Assembly (NCBI GenBank): GCA_036336835.1
Contig: JAYZFK010000038.1
Coordinates: 1-64,000 of the forward strand
Origin: Myxococcota bacterium
GTDB taxonomy: Bacteria > Myxococcota_A > UBA9160 > UBA4427
Length of the DNA: 64,000 bases
Reading direction: 5' to 3'
Below are positions 18,118 through 27,379 of this stretch, piece by piece; within the stretch, counting starts at the first letter, position 1; each line of letters opens with the position of its first letter. Under the pieces are notes generated by a model. The model worked only from the letters and a program-made list of their open reading frames with translations. It searched no databases and had not been told where the DNA came from. The translations under genes and the position numbers were made by a program.

Positions 18118-19736
18118 GCTCGTCCTCGCAGCGCCGTTGCGCGGCGGGCGACGTGTTCGCGCAGCGCCAGCCGTTCGTCGTCCAGCCACTCGCACAGCAC
18201 CGGGCGAGTGCGGCGCGGATCGATCAGGTCGTGGACGCCGAAGCCCTCGGCCCGTGGAAACGGCGTGCGGCCGCGCGCGAGCTGCTCCTCGAGCTCGGCG
18301 CGCTTCGCCTCCGGATCGGCGGCTTCGGCGATCTCGCGGCGGAAAGCCACCGCGACCCCCCCCTCGATCGGGAGCGCGCCGCTCTCGGCCGAGGGCCACG
18401 CGAGCACGGTGCCGCGCGGGCCGAAGTGCGCGGCGGCGGCGACGCCATAGGCCTTGCGCACATGCAGCGACACCCAGGGCACGCTGGTGCGCATGGCGGC
18501 GACGATCGTCTGGACGCCGTAGCGGATGGTGCCGCTCTTCTCGGAGGCACTGCCGATCAGGAAGCCCGGCTCGTCGACGAACGCGATGATCGGCAGGTGG
18601 AAGCGCTCGCACAGCTCGAGGAAGCGGGTGATCTTCTGCGAGCCCGCCGCGTCCATCGAACCGCCGTAGATCTTCGGGTCGTTGGCCCAGATGCCGACGG
18701 GATGGCCGGCCAGGCGCGCGAGCGCGGTGATCTGCGACCGGCCGTACTCGGGTGTCAGCTCGAACAGCGTGTCGCGATCGACGACCCAGCGCAGCAGCTT
18801 GCGCATGGCGTAGACCCGGCGGCGGTTGCGCGGCACGAGCTCGAGCAGTGCCTCCTCGCAGCGTTCCGGGTCGTCGTCGCACGCCGCCTCGGGCGGCGCC
18901 TCGAGGACGTTGCTCGGCAGGTACGACAGGAAGCGGCGCACCAGCGCGAGTGCCTCGTGCTCGTCCTCGGCGGCGTTGTCGACGACGCCGTTGCGCAGGT
19001 GTACCCGTGCGCCGCCGAGCTCGTCCTTGGTCAGCTTCTCGCCGAGTGCGCGTTCGACCAGGGCGGGCCCGCCGATCAGGACCTGCGAGGTGTGCCGGGT
19101 CATCACCGAGAAGTGCGATGCCGCGAGCCGCGCGGCCGGAAAGCCGGCCACCGCGCCGAGTGCCGCCGACGCGACCGGAACCAGCTCGAGGACACGCGCG
19201 ATCGACTCGAAGCGCGGGTTGGCAAACGGCGGCTCGCCGGACGGCGCGGGCGTCGGTCCGCGCTTGCCGTCCTTGCCGCGCGTACCCGTGACGCTGCCGC
19301 CGCCGCCCTCGAGCAGTCGCACCAGCGGCAGGCGGCGCTGGATCGCGAGATCCTCGGCGTAGACGCTCTTGCGCAGACCGGCGGGTGTCGGCGACCCGCC
19401 CCGCACGGTGAAGTCCTCGCCGCCCACCACGACCGGTCGCGTGTCGACACGCGCCACGCCGAGCACGTAGTTCGCCGGTGTGAAGGAGCGCAGCGCGCCC
19501 GACTCGTCGAGCTCGGCGTGTCCGGCCATCGGCCCCTGCTCGCGGAAGCTGTCGTCGTCGGCGAGCGCGGCGATGCGCTCGCGGATCGTGAGCCGGCCCC
19601 GCTCGTGCTGCCTGGCGATGGCCTCGGCGCCACCCATCGAGCGCGCGAGCTCGCGGCGCCTCTGGATCTCGTCGACTTCGGGCTTCCAGCTCACTCGCGC
19701 TCCCGGTACTGCGTACTCGCTCGGCCGCTCGCTCAC
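18114..19736 (-). CDS. Acyl-CoA carboxylase carboxyltransferase subunit
   Basis: GRLTIRERI, EDFTVRGGS, GGPALV, ELGGARVH, DEPGFLIG, IDPRRTR. Confidence 0.92.
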   Translation of the reverse strand: MSERPSEYAVPGARVSWKPEVDEIQRRRELARSMGGAEAIARQHERGRLTIRERIAALADDDSFREQGPMAGHAELDESGALRSFTPANYVLGVARVDTRPVVVGGEDFTVRGGSPTPAGLRKSVYAEDLAIQRRLPLVRLLEGGGGSVTGTRGKDGKRGPTPAPSGEPPFANPRFESIARVLELVPVASAALGAVAGFPAARLAASHFSVMTRHTSQVLIGGPALVERALGEKLTKDELGGARVHLRNGVVDNAAEDEHEALALVRRFLSYLPSNVLEAPPEAACDDDPERCEEALLELVPRNRRRVYAMRKLLRWVVDRDTLFELTPEYGRSQITALARLAGHPVGIWANDPKIYGGSMDAAGSQKITRFLELCERFHLPIIAFVDEPGFLIGSASEKSGTIRYGVQTIVAAMRTSVPWVSLHVRKAYGVAAAAHFGPRGTVLAWPSAESGALPIEGGVAVAFRREIAEAADPEAKRAELEEQLARGRTPFPRAEGFGVHDLIDPRRTRPVLCEWLDDERLALREHVARRATALRGRA

Positions 19737-19739
19737 TCG

Positions 19740-20222
19740 CTAGAAGTAGAGCAGCTCCGGCTCGAGGGTTGCGAGATCGACGACGCCGACCGACTGCCGT
19801 CCCGCCAGGTGTCCGGCACACTCGCCGGGGTTGAACAGCAGCCGGCCTTCGCCGCGTTCCATGGTGCGACGGTGCGTGTGCCCGTGCAGCACCACGGCGT
19901 ACTCGTCCGCGGCGGCATCCTCGAGCTCGGCCGGATCGTGCGCGACCAGGATGCGCCGCGATGCGAGCGTCCACGAAAACGGCGGTTCCACCAGCTCGAT
20001 CGCGAGGCCGGCCGCGCTCTCGCGCAGCGCCTCGCGTTCGTCGTTGTTGCCGAAGACGCCGATGATCGGAACGTCCACTGCCGCGAGCGCGCGCAGCGTC
20101 CGCGGCTGCGTGATGTCGCCGGTGTGGACGACGCGCTCCACGCCGGCCTCGCGGAACAGCTCGACGATGCGTTCGACGTTGCGGAGATTGTTGTGCGTGT
20201 CGCTGACGACCCCGATGCGCAT
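19740..20222 (-). CDS. YfcE-family metallophosphoesterase
   Basis: SDTH, HTGD, GNND, HGHTH, NPGE. Confidence 0.9.
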   Translation of the reverse strand: MRIGVVSDTHNNLRNVERIVELFREAGVERVVHTGDITQPRTLRALAAVDVPIIGVFGNNDEREALRESAAGLAIELVEPPFSWTLASRRILVAHDPAELEDAAADEYAVVLHGHTHRRTMERGEGRLLFNPGECAGHLAGRQSVGVVDLATLEPELLYF

Positions 20223-20234
20223 GGCGCGCCCATG

Positions 20235-21125
20235 CTATCCCGCCCGGGTGCGCTCGTCGCGCGAGACGATCGCGATGCCCGCGAGGACGGACAGGGCGCC
20301 GGCCGCCTGGGAGGCGCTGACCGACTCGCCGAGCCACCACCAGGCGAGCGCCGTTGCCACGACGGGCTGTGCCACCAGCGCCACCGCGGTGAAGGGAGGC
20401 GGCATGAAGCGAACCGCCCAGACGATGGCGAATGCGCCGATCAGCTGCGAGATCACGGCCGCGGCACCAATCGCGAGCCACGACTGCAGTGGGAAGCCGC
20501 GGAAGGCATCGCCGAGGACGAGGCCGTAGAACCCGAGCACGCTCGCGGCCGCGAGGCTCATACAGGTGATGGCGGTGAGTGCGTCGAGCGTCGCTCGGGC
20601 CCGCGTCATCACCAGGATGTAGCCGGTGTAGAACAGCGCGGCTGCCAGTGCGAGAGCGTCGCCTTGCACCGCGCGCGGGTCGCCGAGCTCGACGCCCAGC
20701 AGCACGGCCGCGCCCGCCAGCGCCAGGCCGGCGCCCAGCGCGAAGCCCCCGCCCAGGGGCTGGCGCAGCACCAGGGTGGTGAACAGGCCCACGTGGATCG
20801 GCGTCGTGTTCACCAGCAGCGTCGCGTTGGCGATCGAGGTGCGCACGAGCGCGTGGTGCCAGAGCGCGATGTCCGTCCCGAACAGCGCCCCGGCAAGCAG
20901 TGCCAGCACGACGTCGCGGCGCGATACCGCCAGCTCCGCCAGCTGCCCGCCCGCGCGAGCCCGCAGCCGGCGGATGCCGAGCGCCGCGATCAGGACCACG
21001 CTCGCGATCGCCATCCGGTAGAAGCCCACCACCACGGGCGGCGCAGGCTGTGCGAGGCGCAAGAACAGGCCGGCGCAGGCGATCCCGACGACGCCCACAC
21101 TGAACACCCAGCCGGGGTGAAGCAT
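20235..21125 (-). CDS. DMT/EamA transporter
   Basis: About 10 TM segments; TSIANATLLVNTTP, GDALAL, WLGE. Confidence 0.9.
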   Translation of the reverse strand: MLHPGWVFSVGVVGIACAGLFLRLAQPAPPVVVGFYRMAIASVVLIAALGIRRLRARAGGQLAELAVSRRDVVLALLAGALFGTDIALWHHALVRTSIANATLLVNTTPIHVGLFTTLVLRQPLGGGFALGAGLALAGAAVLLGVELGDPRAVQGDALALAAALFYTGYILVMTRARATLDALTAITCMSLAAASVLGFYGLVLGDAFRGFPLQSWLAIGAAAVISQLIGAFAIVWAVRFMPPPFTAVALVAQPVVATALAWWWLGESVSASQAAGALSVLAGIAIVSRDERTRAG

Positions 21126-21185
21126 CGCCGGACCTTACCGGAAGACGCGACGCGACGACGCCAAGCATCGGTATGATTGGCCGCC

Positions 21186-21833
21186 GTGGAGCTTGCCGCC
21201 GCCATCTTCGTCGTCCTCCTGGGTCTGGGACTTCGGCGCCTCCTGTCGGGCTATCCGACGACGAGTCGCAGCTACCGCCACCTGCGGCGGCGTGAGATCG
21301 CGCTGCTGCGCGCGGCGACGGACGCGATGTTCCCGGCGCGAGGTGCCGTCCCGGTCGCGGGCGCAGACGTCGACGCGCCGGGCTACGTCGACACCTGGTT
21401 CGACGTGCTCCATCCGCTGCGGCGCTTCCAGATCCGCTTGTTGCTGCTGCTCTTCGAGCAGGTGACCCTGGTCTTCTGGGCGCCGGGCCCGCGCGGCTGG
21501 CGGCGCTTCTCGGCGCTGTCGCTGCAGCAGCGCATCGAGGTGCTGCGGGGCTGGTACTCGAGTCACTGGTTCGCGCGCCGGCTGGTGTTCACGGCCCTTC
21601 GCTCGGTGCTCGGGATTGCCTATCTCGGAGATCCGGCGACGATGCGCTTCCTGCGGGTCGCTCCGTACGATTTCGAGAGTCCGGTGCTCGACGCAGACGT
21701 GCTGTATCCGCCGATCGGTCAGGGGCCCGACGCGATCGTCTACGGCCCGGAGGATCGCAGCCCGCCCTCCGACGGGGTGCCGATCGATCTCGACAGCCCG
21801 GTGCACCCCGACTACGCCGAGCGACCGCTGTGA
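21186..21833 (+). CDS. Gluconate 2-dehydrogenase subunit 3-like partner of the GMC enzyme
   Basis: RRFSALSLQQRIEVL motif; overlaps the downstream GMC start; start GTG 21186 or TTG 21177. Confidence 0.65.
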   Translation: MELAAAIFVVLLGLGLRRLLSGYPTTSRSYRHLRRREIALLRAATDAMFPARGAVPVAGADVDAPGYVDTWFDVLHPLRRFQIRLLLLLFEQVTLVFWAPGPRGWRRFSALSLQQRIEVLRGWYSSHWFARRLVFTALRSVLGIAYLGDPATMRFLRVAPYDFESPVLDADVLYPPIGQGPDAIVYGPEDRSPPSDGVPIDLDSPVHPDYAERPL

Positions 21834-23395
21834 GTGTCCAGCTGACCGATCCCGCCGAGCTCCTGGCGATGCGCGGAAGGCTGCGAGTCTTCGCCCAGTA
21901 CGACCGCGATGTGCGCGAGTCCGCCGACGTCGTCGTCGTGGGCTCGGGGCCGGCCGGGTCGGTCGTCGCCTACGAGCTGGCCGCTGCGGGGCACGACGTG
22001 ATCCTGCTCGAGGAAGGACCGCCGTTTACGCCGCGCGAGTTCGCGCTCGAGGGCGGGCTGTCGATGGCGCGCACCATGCGCGAGAGCGGGCTGCGCACCA
22101 CGGCCGGCTCGATCATGCCGACCATGCAGGCGATCTGCCTGGGCGGGGGCTCGCTGGTGAACTCGGCGATCTGTGTGCGGCCTCCCCCGACGGTGTTCGA
22201 TGCGTGGTCCGAGATGTTCGAGCTCGAGCACACCACGCGGGCGGAGCTGGATGCGCACTTCGACGCGGTCGGCGAGTTTCTGGGCATTGCTCCCACGCCG
22301 GAGGACGTGCTCGGCAAGCGCAACACGTTGTTCCGCGACGGCTGCGATGCGCTCGGCATCTCGAGCGAGCCGATCGCGCGCAATGTCCGCGGCTGCAAGG
22401 GCACGGGAGAGTGTTTCACCGGCTGCCGCAACCGCGCCAAGCAGAGTATGGACATCAGCTACATCCCGGAGGCGCTGCGTCTGGGGACGCGGGTCTTCAC
22501 CTCGGTGCAGGTGCAGCACATCCTCTCCGAAGGGACGCGCGTCCGCGGCGTCGAGGGCCAGGTGGTCGAGCCCTTCACGGGCAAGCGATCGTACAAGCTG
22601 CACTTCGACGCGCAGCTGGTGGTCCTGGCGGCTGGCTGCATGGCCACCCCGGTGCTGCTGCAGAAGAGCGGCAACCTCGCCAATCGCTCGGATCAGGTCG
22701 GCCGCAACCTGCAGTTCCATCCCGGGATCGCGGTCGCGGGTGTCTTCCCGGAGCCGATCGACGTCCAGTTCGGCGCGACCCAGGGATATCAGTCGCTCGA
22801 GTTCCTCGAGCGCGGCTTCAAGCTCGAGTCGCTGTGGGCGCCGCCCGCGGTGATGGCCGTGCGCACGCCCGGCTTCGGGCACGAGCTGTTGCAGCACTTC
22901 TCCGCCATTCCGCGCACCGCGGCATGGGATGCGATCTGCAGCACGCATCGTTCGCTCGGCACGGTGCGCGCGCGGCGCGGCGCCACGCTCGACCCGGCGC
23001 TGCGCTGGCATCTGCACCCCGACGACGCGCCGCTGCTGCGCGAAGCGCTCCACACGCTTGCCCGGCTGTTCTTCGCGGCGGGTGCCGAGCGGATCCTGCC
23101 GGGGGTGGCGAGGCTGTCGCCGGTGATGCACTCGGCGGACGAGGCGCGCGTTCTGCTGACCGAAGCCGTCCAGGGTCGCGATCTGGTCACCGGTGGCAAC
23201 CACGTCTTCTCGACCACGCGCATGCACGGGCGAGCCGAGGCGGGGGTGGTCGACGAGATCGGGCGCTGCCACGACCTCGACAACCTCTACATCGCCGACA
23301 CCGGGATCTTTCCGCGCTGCCCGTCGGTCAACCCGATGTATACGGCGATGGCGCTGGCCCGACGCCAGGCCCACGCGATCTCGGACCGGCTCTAG
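21830..23395 (+). CDS. GMC family oxidoreductase
   Basis: VVVGSGPAG, GGGSLVN, C..CFTGC...AKQS, GRNLQFHP, SVNPMYT. Confidence 0.92.
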   Translation: MSVQLTDPAELLAMRGRLRVFAQYDRDVRESADVVVVGSGPAGSVVAYELAAAGHDVILLEEGPPFTPREFALEGGLSMARTMRESGLRTTAGSIMPTMQAICLGGGSLVNSAICVRPPPTVFDAWSEMFELEHTTRAELDAHFDAVGEFLGIAPTPEDVLGKRNTLFRDGCDALGISSEPIARNVRGCKGTGECFTGCRNRAKQSMDISYIPEALRLGTRVFTSVQVQHILSEGTRVRGVEGQVVEPFTGKRSYKLHFDAQLVVLAAGCMATPVLLQKSGNLANRSDQVGRNLQFHPGIAVAGVFPEPIDVQFGATQGYQSLEFLERGFKLESLWAPPAVMAVRTPGFGHELLQHFSAIPRTAAWDAICSTHRSLGTVRARRGATLDPALRWHLHPDDAPLLREALHTLARLFFAAGAERILPGVARLSPVMHSADEARVLLTEAVQGRDLVTGGNHVFSTTRMHGRAEAGVVDEIGRCHDLDNLYIADTGIFPRCPSVNPMYTAMALARRQAHAISDRL

Positions 23396-23479
23396 GCATC
23401 CCCACGGGGGCGGCTTCACTCCCGCGGCGGAGCTGCCGAAGACGCTCAGCAGGGCGGAGTCGCGTCCGTGGGGGATCCA

Positions 23480-23842
23480 ATGCGAGCTCGAAGCACTCGT
23501 GCCTGGCTGGGACTGGGGCTGGGGATCGGTGTCGTGCTCTGGGTCGCCATGCCGAGCGCGGCGCAGGCGGGCGGCTACCACGGTCAGTGCGCGAAGCTGA
23601 CCCGCCAGATCTCCCACTTCCAGGACGTCTCCGACATGGCGCGCGAGCGCGACAACCAGCTGTGGCTGGCCTCGACCGCGGCGCACATCGAGCGGCTGCG
23701 CGATCGCCGCTCGCGGCTGTGCCCCGAGTACGACCAGCTCGTCGAGCGCATGCGCACCGAGGAGTTCTGGCGCGACACCTACGCGCTGACCATCGCCGGC
23801 GCGAAGACGGCGATGCGTTACTTCACGTTCGGCATGTACTAG
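23480..23842 (+). CDS. Small secreted hypothetical protein
   Basis: Signal peptide ending AQA, two Cys, GGGGGA RBS. Confidence 0.7.
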   Translation: MRARSTRAWLGLGLGIGVVLWVAMPSAAQAGGYHGQCAKLTRQISHFQDVSDMARERDNQLWLASTAAHIERLRDRRSRLCPEYDQLVERMRTEEFWRDTYALTIAGAKTAMRYFTFGMY

Positions 23843-23862
23843 CGCCTGCCCCGGACTCGCTC

Positions 23863-24462
23863 CTAGTCCGGGCGCGGCGACCACATCCAGAAGCGATCGT
23901 CGAACTGGCCGGGGCGAGCGACGCCGCGCCGCAGCTCCCGGTGCTCGCCGTAGGCGATCTCGACCACGAACGGCTCGCTCGCCGCCGGCCCCGCGCAGCC
24001 CGCGTGATGGTCGATGCCGATGCGCAGGCCGTGTGCTGGCACCGCATCGAAGATCGCTGAATCGGTGCGCGGCGCCGGGTCGCCGCAGCGGGCGTCGCGC
24101 AGCAGTCGCCCGCCGGCGCGCGTCGAGTGCTTTGCGAAGTAGACCGTCTCGTTGCTGTGCGGGTCGCGGTCGGTCGCGTAGAGATCGAGGTCGGCTCCAG
24201 CGCCGAAGGCGAGCCGCACGCGGACGGCGCGGGGCGGCGGGGGCTGGGCGCTGCGCTCGAGCTCGGCTTCGAGTGTGGCGGTGCGCTGTGCGACAGCGCT
24301 CGCGGTCAGGTCGAGCGGGGTGGTCGGTGGCGCTACTGGCTCGAGCTGGCAGGCCAGCGCTGCGAGCGCGACCGCACACGCGCCTGCGAGCCCCGCCGCG
24401 GTATCCTGGGCCGCTTGCCGACCTCGCCGCGGCCGGTGGGCTCGGAGGCTCCTGATGGGCAT
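23863..24462 (-). CDS. YfaP/DUF2135-like lipoprotein
   Basis: Lipobox ALAC; VRLAFGAGADLDLYATD...ETVYF...GGRL; nearest in-frame start is ATG 24462. Confidence 0.6.
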   Translation of the reverse strand: MPIRSLRAHRPRRGRQAAQDTAAGLAGACAVALAALACQLEPVAPPTTPLDLTASAVAQRTATLEAELERSAQPPPPRAVRVRLAFGAGADLDLYATDRDPHSNETVYFAKHSTRAGGRLLRDARCGDPAPRTDSAIFDAVPAHGLRIGIDHHAGCAGPAASEPFVVEIAYGEHRELRRGVARPGQFDDRFWMWSPRPD

Positions 24463-26272
24463 CGCAGTCAAGCTAGCCGTTCCGGTCCTCGTCGCCTGCC
24501 TGCTCGGCAGCGCCGCAGCGGCCTCGTCCGTCTTGCGCGGGCGGGTCCTCGATTCGTCGGGGAGCCCGATCGTCGGCGCGATGGTGACGCTGCGCCGCAG
24601 CGGGCCGTTCCACGACAAGACGGTGTTCTCGGACGGGTCGGGCGCCTTCTTCGCCGCCGGCCTGGTGGACGGCGAGCCGTACGAGCTGCGGGTGCGACGC
24701 ATCGGCTGGCGCGGCGGCTGGCAGCCCACGCCGCGGCCCTTTGCGCTCGGCGAGGTGCGCGAGCTCACGATCACGCTCGAGCGCGAGACCGATCCCGAGC
24801 GGATCGCCGACCAGCTGCCCGCGAGCCGCTGGCTTGGGCTCGCGCTCGCGGAGCTCGGCAGTGAGTCGCAGCGCGAGGAGTTCGTCCGGCAGTGCACCTA
24901 CTGTCATCAGCAGGGAAATCGCGCAACTCGACGGCTGCGCGACGAGGCCGAGTGGCGCAAGGTGCTCGCGCTGATGGCGCGCATGGGCGCCGGGTTGTCG
25001 TCCGAGCTGGGCGAGCGGCTGCCCTCGGTGCTCAACGAAGCCTATGCGCCCAGGCACGCGATCGCGTTGCTCACGCGGGGAATGGGCTCGCCTGGCTTCG
25101 CGCCCCCGCCGCCGCCACGGGTGCTCGGGGCGGTGGTCGAAGAGTGGGAGCTCGGGCAGCGCGCTTCGATGCAGCACGATCTCGTGGTGCACCCAGACGG
25201 TCGGATCTACTCGGTCGACATGATGCAGGACCAGCTCTACCGGCTCGATCCGGTGACGGGGGAGCGCAGTGCCTTCGCGTTTCCGCGCGGAGATCTGCCG
25301 CCGGGCGGGGTGTTCGGCGGGCCCAACGATCCCTCACCGCCCAACGCCAACGCACACGTCGGACCCCATTCCGTGCAGGTGGCGCCGGATGGCGCCGTCT
25401 GGAGCACGCTCGCCCTCGGCAACCAGCTCGCGCGCTTCGATCCGGGCAACGAGACGTTCAGCATCCATCCGCTCGAGCAGGGCTACTACCCGCACACACT
25501 GCGCTTCGATGCCCGGGGACGCATCTGGTACACGGTGGCCGTCAGCAACCACATCGGGCGGCTCGATCCGGCGACCGGCGAGCACCTCTCGGTCCGGCTG
25601 CCCTCTCGCAGCTTCCAGCAGGGCCTCGCGATGCGCTTGATGCCGGTGTTCATCTGGCTGGCGCAGCGCATCGATTTCGGCGACGCCGGCGCGAGCGCCG
25701 GCGAGGGCGTGGCGGCGCCGGTGCCGTACGGCATCGACGTCGCGCCGGATGACGGCATCTGGTTCAGTCAGCTGAACGAGCACCGGATTGGCCGGATCGA
25801 TCCCGCGACGCTCGAAGTCGAGATGATCGACACTCCCTTCACCGCGCCGCGCCGGCTGCGCTTCGACTCGCAGGGGCGGCTGTGGATCCCCGGCTTCTCG
25901 TCGGGGCTGGTTGCGCGCTTCGATCCGGCGACGCGGGTGTTCACCGAGTACGCGCTGCCGACAGGGGCCCGCGGCGCGGTCGACACGCCCTATGCGCTCA
26001 ACGTGGACCGCGAGCGCGACATCGTCTGGATCTGCGGCACCAACAGCGACACGCTGATTCGCCTCGACCCCGCGGTGGCCGACGCGGGCGGCAACGGCTT
26101 CAGCGTCTACCCACTGCCGACGCGCGTCAGCTACACGCGCGAGATCGATTTCGATGCGCAGGGCCGCGTCTGGACCTCCAACTCGAACCTGCCGAGCTGG
26201 CAAATCGAGGGCGGCTTCCCGCGAGTGCTACGTCTCGACCCGGGAGAGGACGACAGGACGGCGGTACGGTGA
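24455..26272 (+). CDS. Secreted protein: carboxypeptidase-regulatory-like domain, c-type heme, Vgb-like beta-propeller
   Basis: Signal peptide; LRGRVLDSSGSPIVGAMVTL; CTYCH; repeated DG.IW/RFDP.T blades; GGAGG RBS. Confidence 0.85.
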   Translation: MGIAVKLAVPVLVACLLGSAAAASSVLRGRVLDSSGSPIVGAMVTLRRSGPFHDKTVFSDGSGAFFAAGLVDGEPYELRVRRIGWRGGWQPTPRPFALGEVRELTITLERETDPERIADQLPASRWLGLALAELGSESQREEFVRQCTYCHQQGNRATRRLRDEAEWRKVLALMARMGAGLSSELGERLPSVLNEAYAPRHAIALLTRGMGSPGFAPPPPPRVLGAVVEEWELGQRASMQHDLVVHPDGRIYSVDMMQDQLYRLDPVTGERSAFAFPRGDLPPGGVFGGPNDPSPPNANAHVGPHSVQVAPDGAVWSTLALGNQLARFDPGNETFSIHPLEQGYYPHTLRFDARGRIWYTVAVSNHIGRLDPATGEHLSVRLPSRSFQQGLAMRLMPVFIWLAQRIDFGDAGASAGEGVAAPVPYGIDVAPDDGIWFSQLNEHRIGRIDPATLEVEMIDTPFTAPRRLRFDSQGRLWIPGFSSGLVARFDPATRVFTEYALPTGARGAVDTPYALNVDRERDIVWICGTNSDTLIRLDPAVADAGGNGFSVYPLPTRVSYTREIDFDAQGRVWTSNSNLPSWQIEGGFPRVLRLDPGEDDRTAVR

Positions 26273-26437
26273 TGTCGGGATGCCCGCTGGCCTGAACTCT
26301 CCGGACATCGCCGGGGTCCAACCCCGTATCGCGACGGGGTGCTGACCACGTGGCTGATGCGGACGCGCTGGCCGCGGGAGAGCCCGCTGGTGATGCGGGC
26401 TCGCGCCAGATGCCCTATCCGATGGGTCGAGGTGACG

Positions 26438-27253
26438 ATGCGGCTTCGGGTACTCGCTGTTCTGCTGCCGGCTCTGGGCTCGGTGCTGGTGGGGCCTCCG
26501 GTCGAGGCGCGCGATCAGGGTGCCGACGGAAAGTTCAGCAAGCGCACTTCGTCCCACTTCGTGCTGTTCCAGGACGTCGACATCGACGAGTCGGGCGGGC
26601 TGCGCGGCTCGCGACAGTTCGAGGATCGGGTGCTCGCCACACTCGAGGAGGCCTACGAGAGCCTCGACTCCTTGCTCGGGATGCGGCCGAGCCGGCCGAT
26701 CACCGTCACGATCCGGGATCCCGCGGTCTTCGACGCCGAGTTTGCCGGCCTGTTCCGCTTCCCGGCGGCCGGCTTCTACGGAGACTCGATCCACATCCGC
26801 GGCACCACGGTGGTCGGCGAGCGTCTCGTCCGGGTGCTGCATCACGAGCTGGTGCACGCTGCCTTCCACGCCAAAGCGCCATCACTGGTACTGCCGGCCT
26901 GGTTCAACGAGGGGACCGCCGAGTGGTTCGAGGCGCGGGCCACCGGCCAGCGCGGTCTGTCGGAGTCGCGTTACGCCTATCTTCGAAAGCGCGCGCGGAC
27001 GGGCGAGCTGTTCGCGCTCGCCCAGATGTCGCAGGCGAGCTTCGGCGGGCTGGGCCCCAACGCCGCCGCCTCCGCCTACCTGCAGTCGTATGCCTTCATG
27101 GACTACCTCGCCCGCCGGTACGGAGACAGCCGCATCCGCAACCTGGTGCGCGAGCTGCTCCGGACCGGCAACCTCGACCGCAGCTTTCGCAAGACCTTCC
27201 GAGTCCCCCTCCCCGACCTCGAGTCCCGTTGGAAATCCCAGCTCGCCAGCTAG
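26438..27253 (+). CDS. Peptidase MA-like secreted zinc metalloprotein
   Basis: Signal peptide; HELVH...PAWFNEGTAE; AYLQS. Confidence 0.85.
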   Translation: MRLRVLAVLLPALGSVLVGPPVEARDQGADGKFSKRTSSHFVLFQDVDIDESGGLRGSRQFEDRVLATLEEAYESLDSLLGMRPSRPITVTIRDPAVFDAEFAGLFRFPAAGFYGDSIHIRGTTVVGERLVRVLHHELVHAAFHAKAPSLVLPAWFNEGTAEWFEARATGQRGLSESRYAYLRKRARTGELFALAQMSQASFGGLGPNAAASAYLQSYAFMDYLARRYGDSRIRNLVRELLRTGNLDRSFRKTFRVPLPDLESRWKSQLAS

Positions 27254-27379
27254 AGCGCCCGCGCCCCCGGGCTCGAACCGGCGACAATTCGCCAGCGCGG
27301 CCAGCGCGGACGTCTGGTGGCATCGGAAGTCGTGATCTGCCTCCGACTGCGGGGAGACCTGCGTGCTAGCTTGCTCGAG

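Noticed and set aside
17362..21168. 1268-aa giant ORF and other apparent fusions (14485-17238, 6575-9475, 46043-48706)
   Set aside because: Only the C-terminal parts carry real motifs; the upstream parts are stop-free alternative frames over neighbouring genes
23425..23455. Glycine riboswitch resemblance (GCCGAAG...CTCAG)
   Set aside because: The GGAGA and CTCTCAGG core and helix spacing are missing, and the downstream gene is unrelated
24455..26272. Virginiamycin B lyase resistance gene
   Set aside because: Secreted, heme-binding, multidomain architecture differs from cytoplasmic Vgb; only the fold is shared
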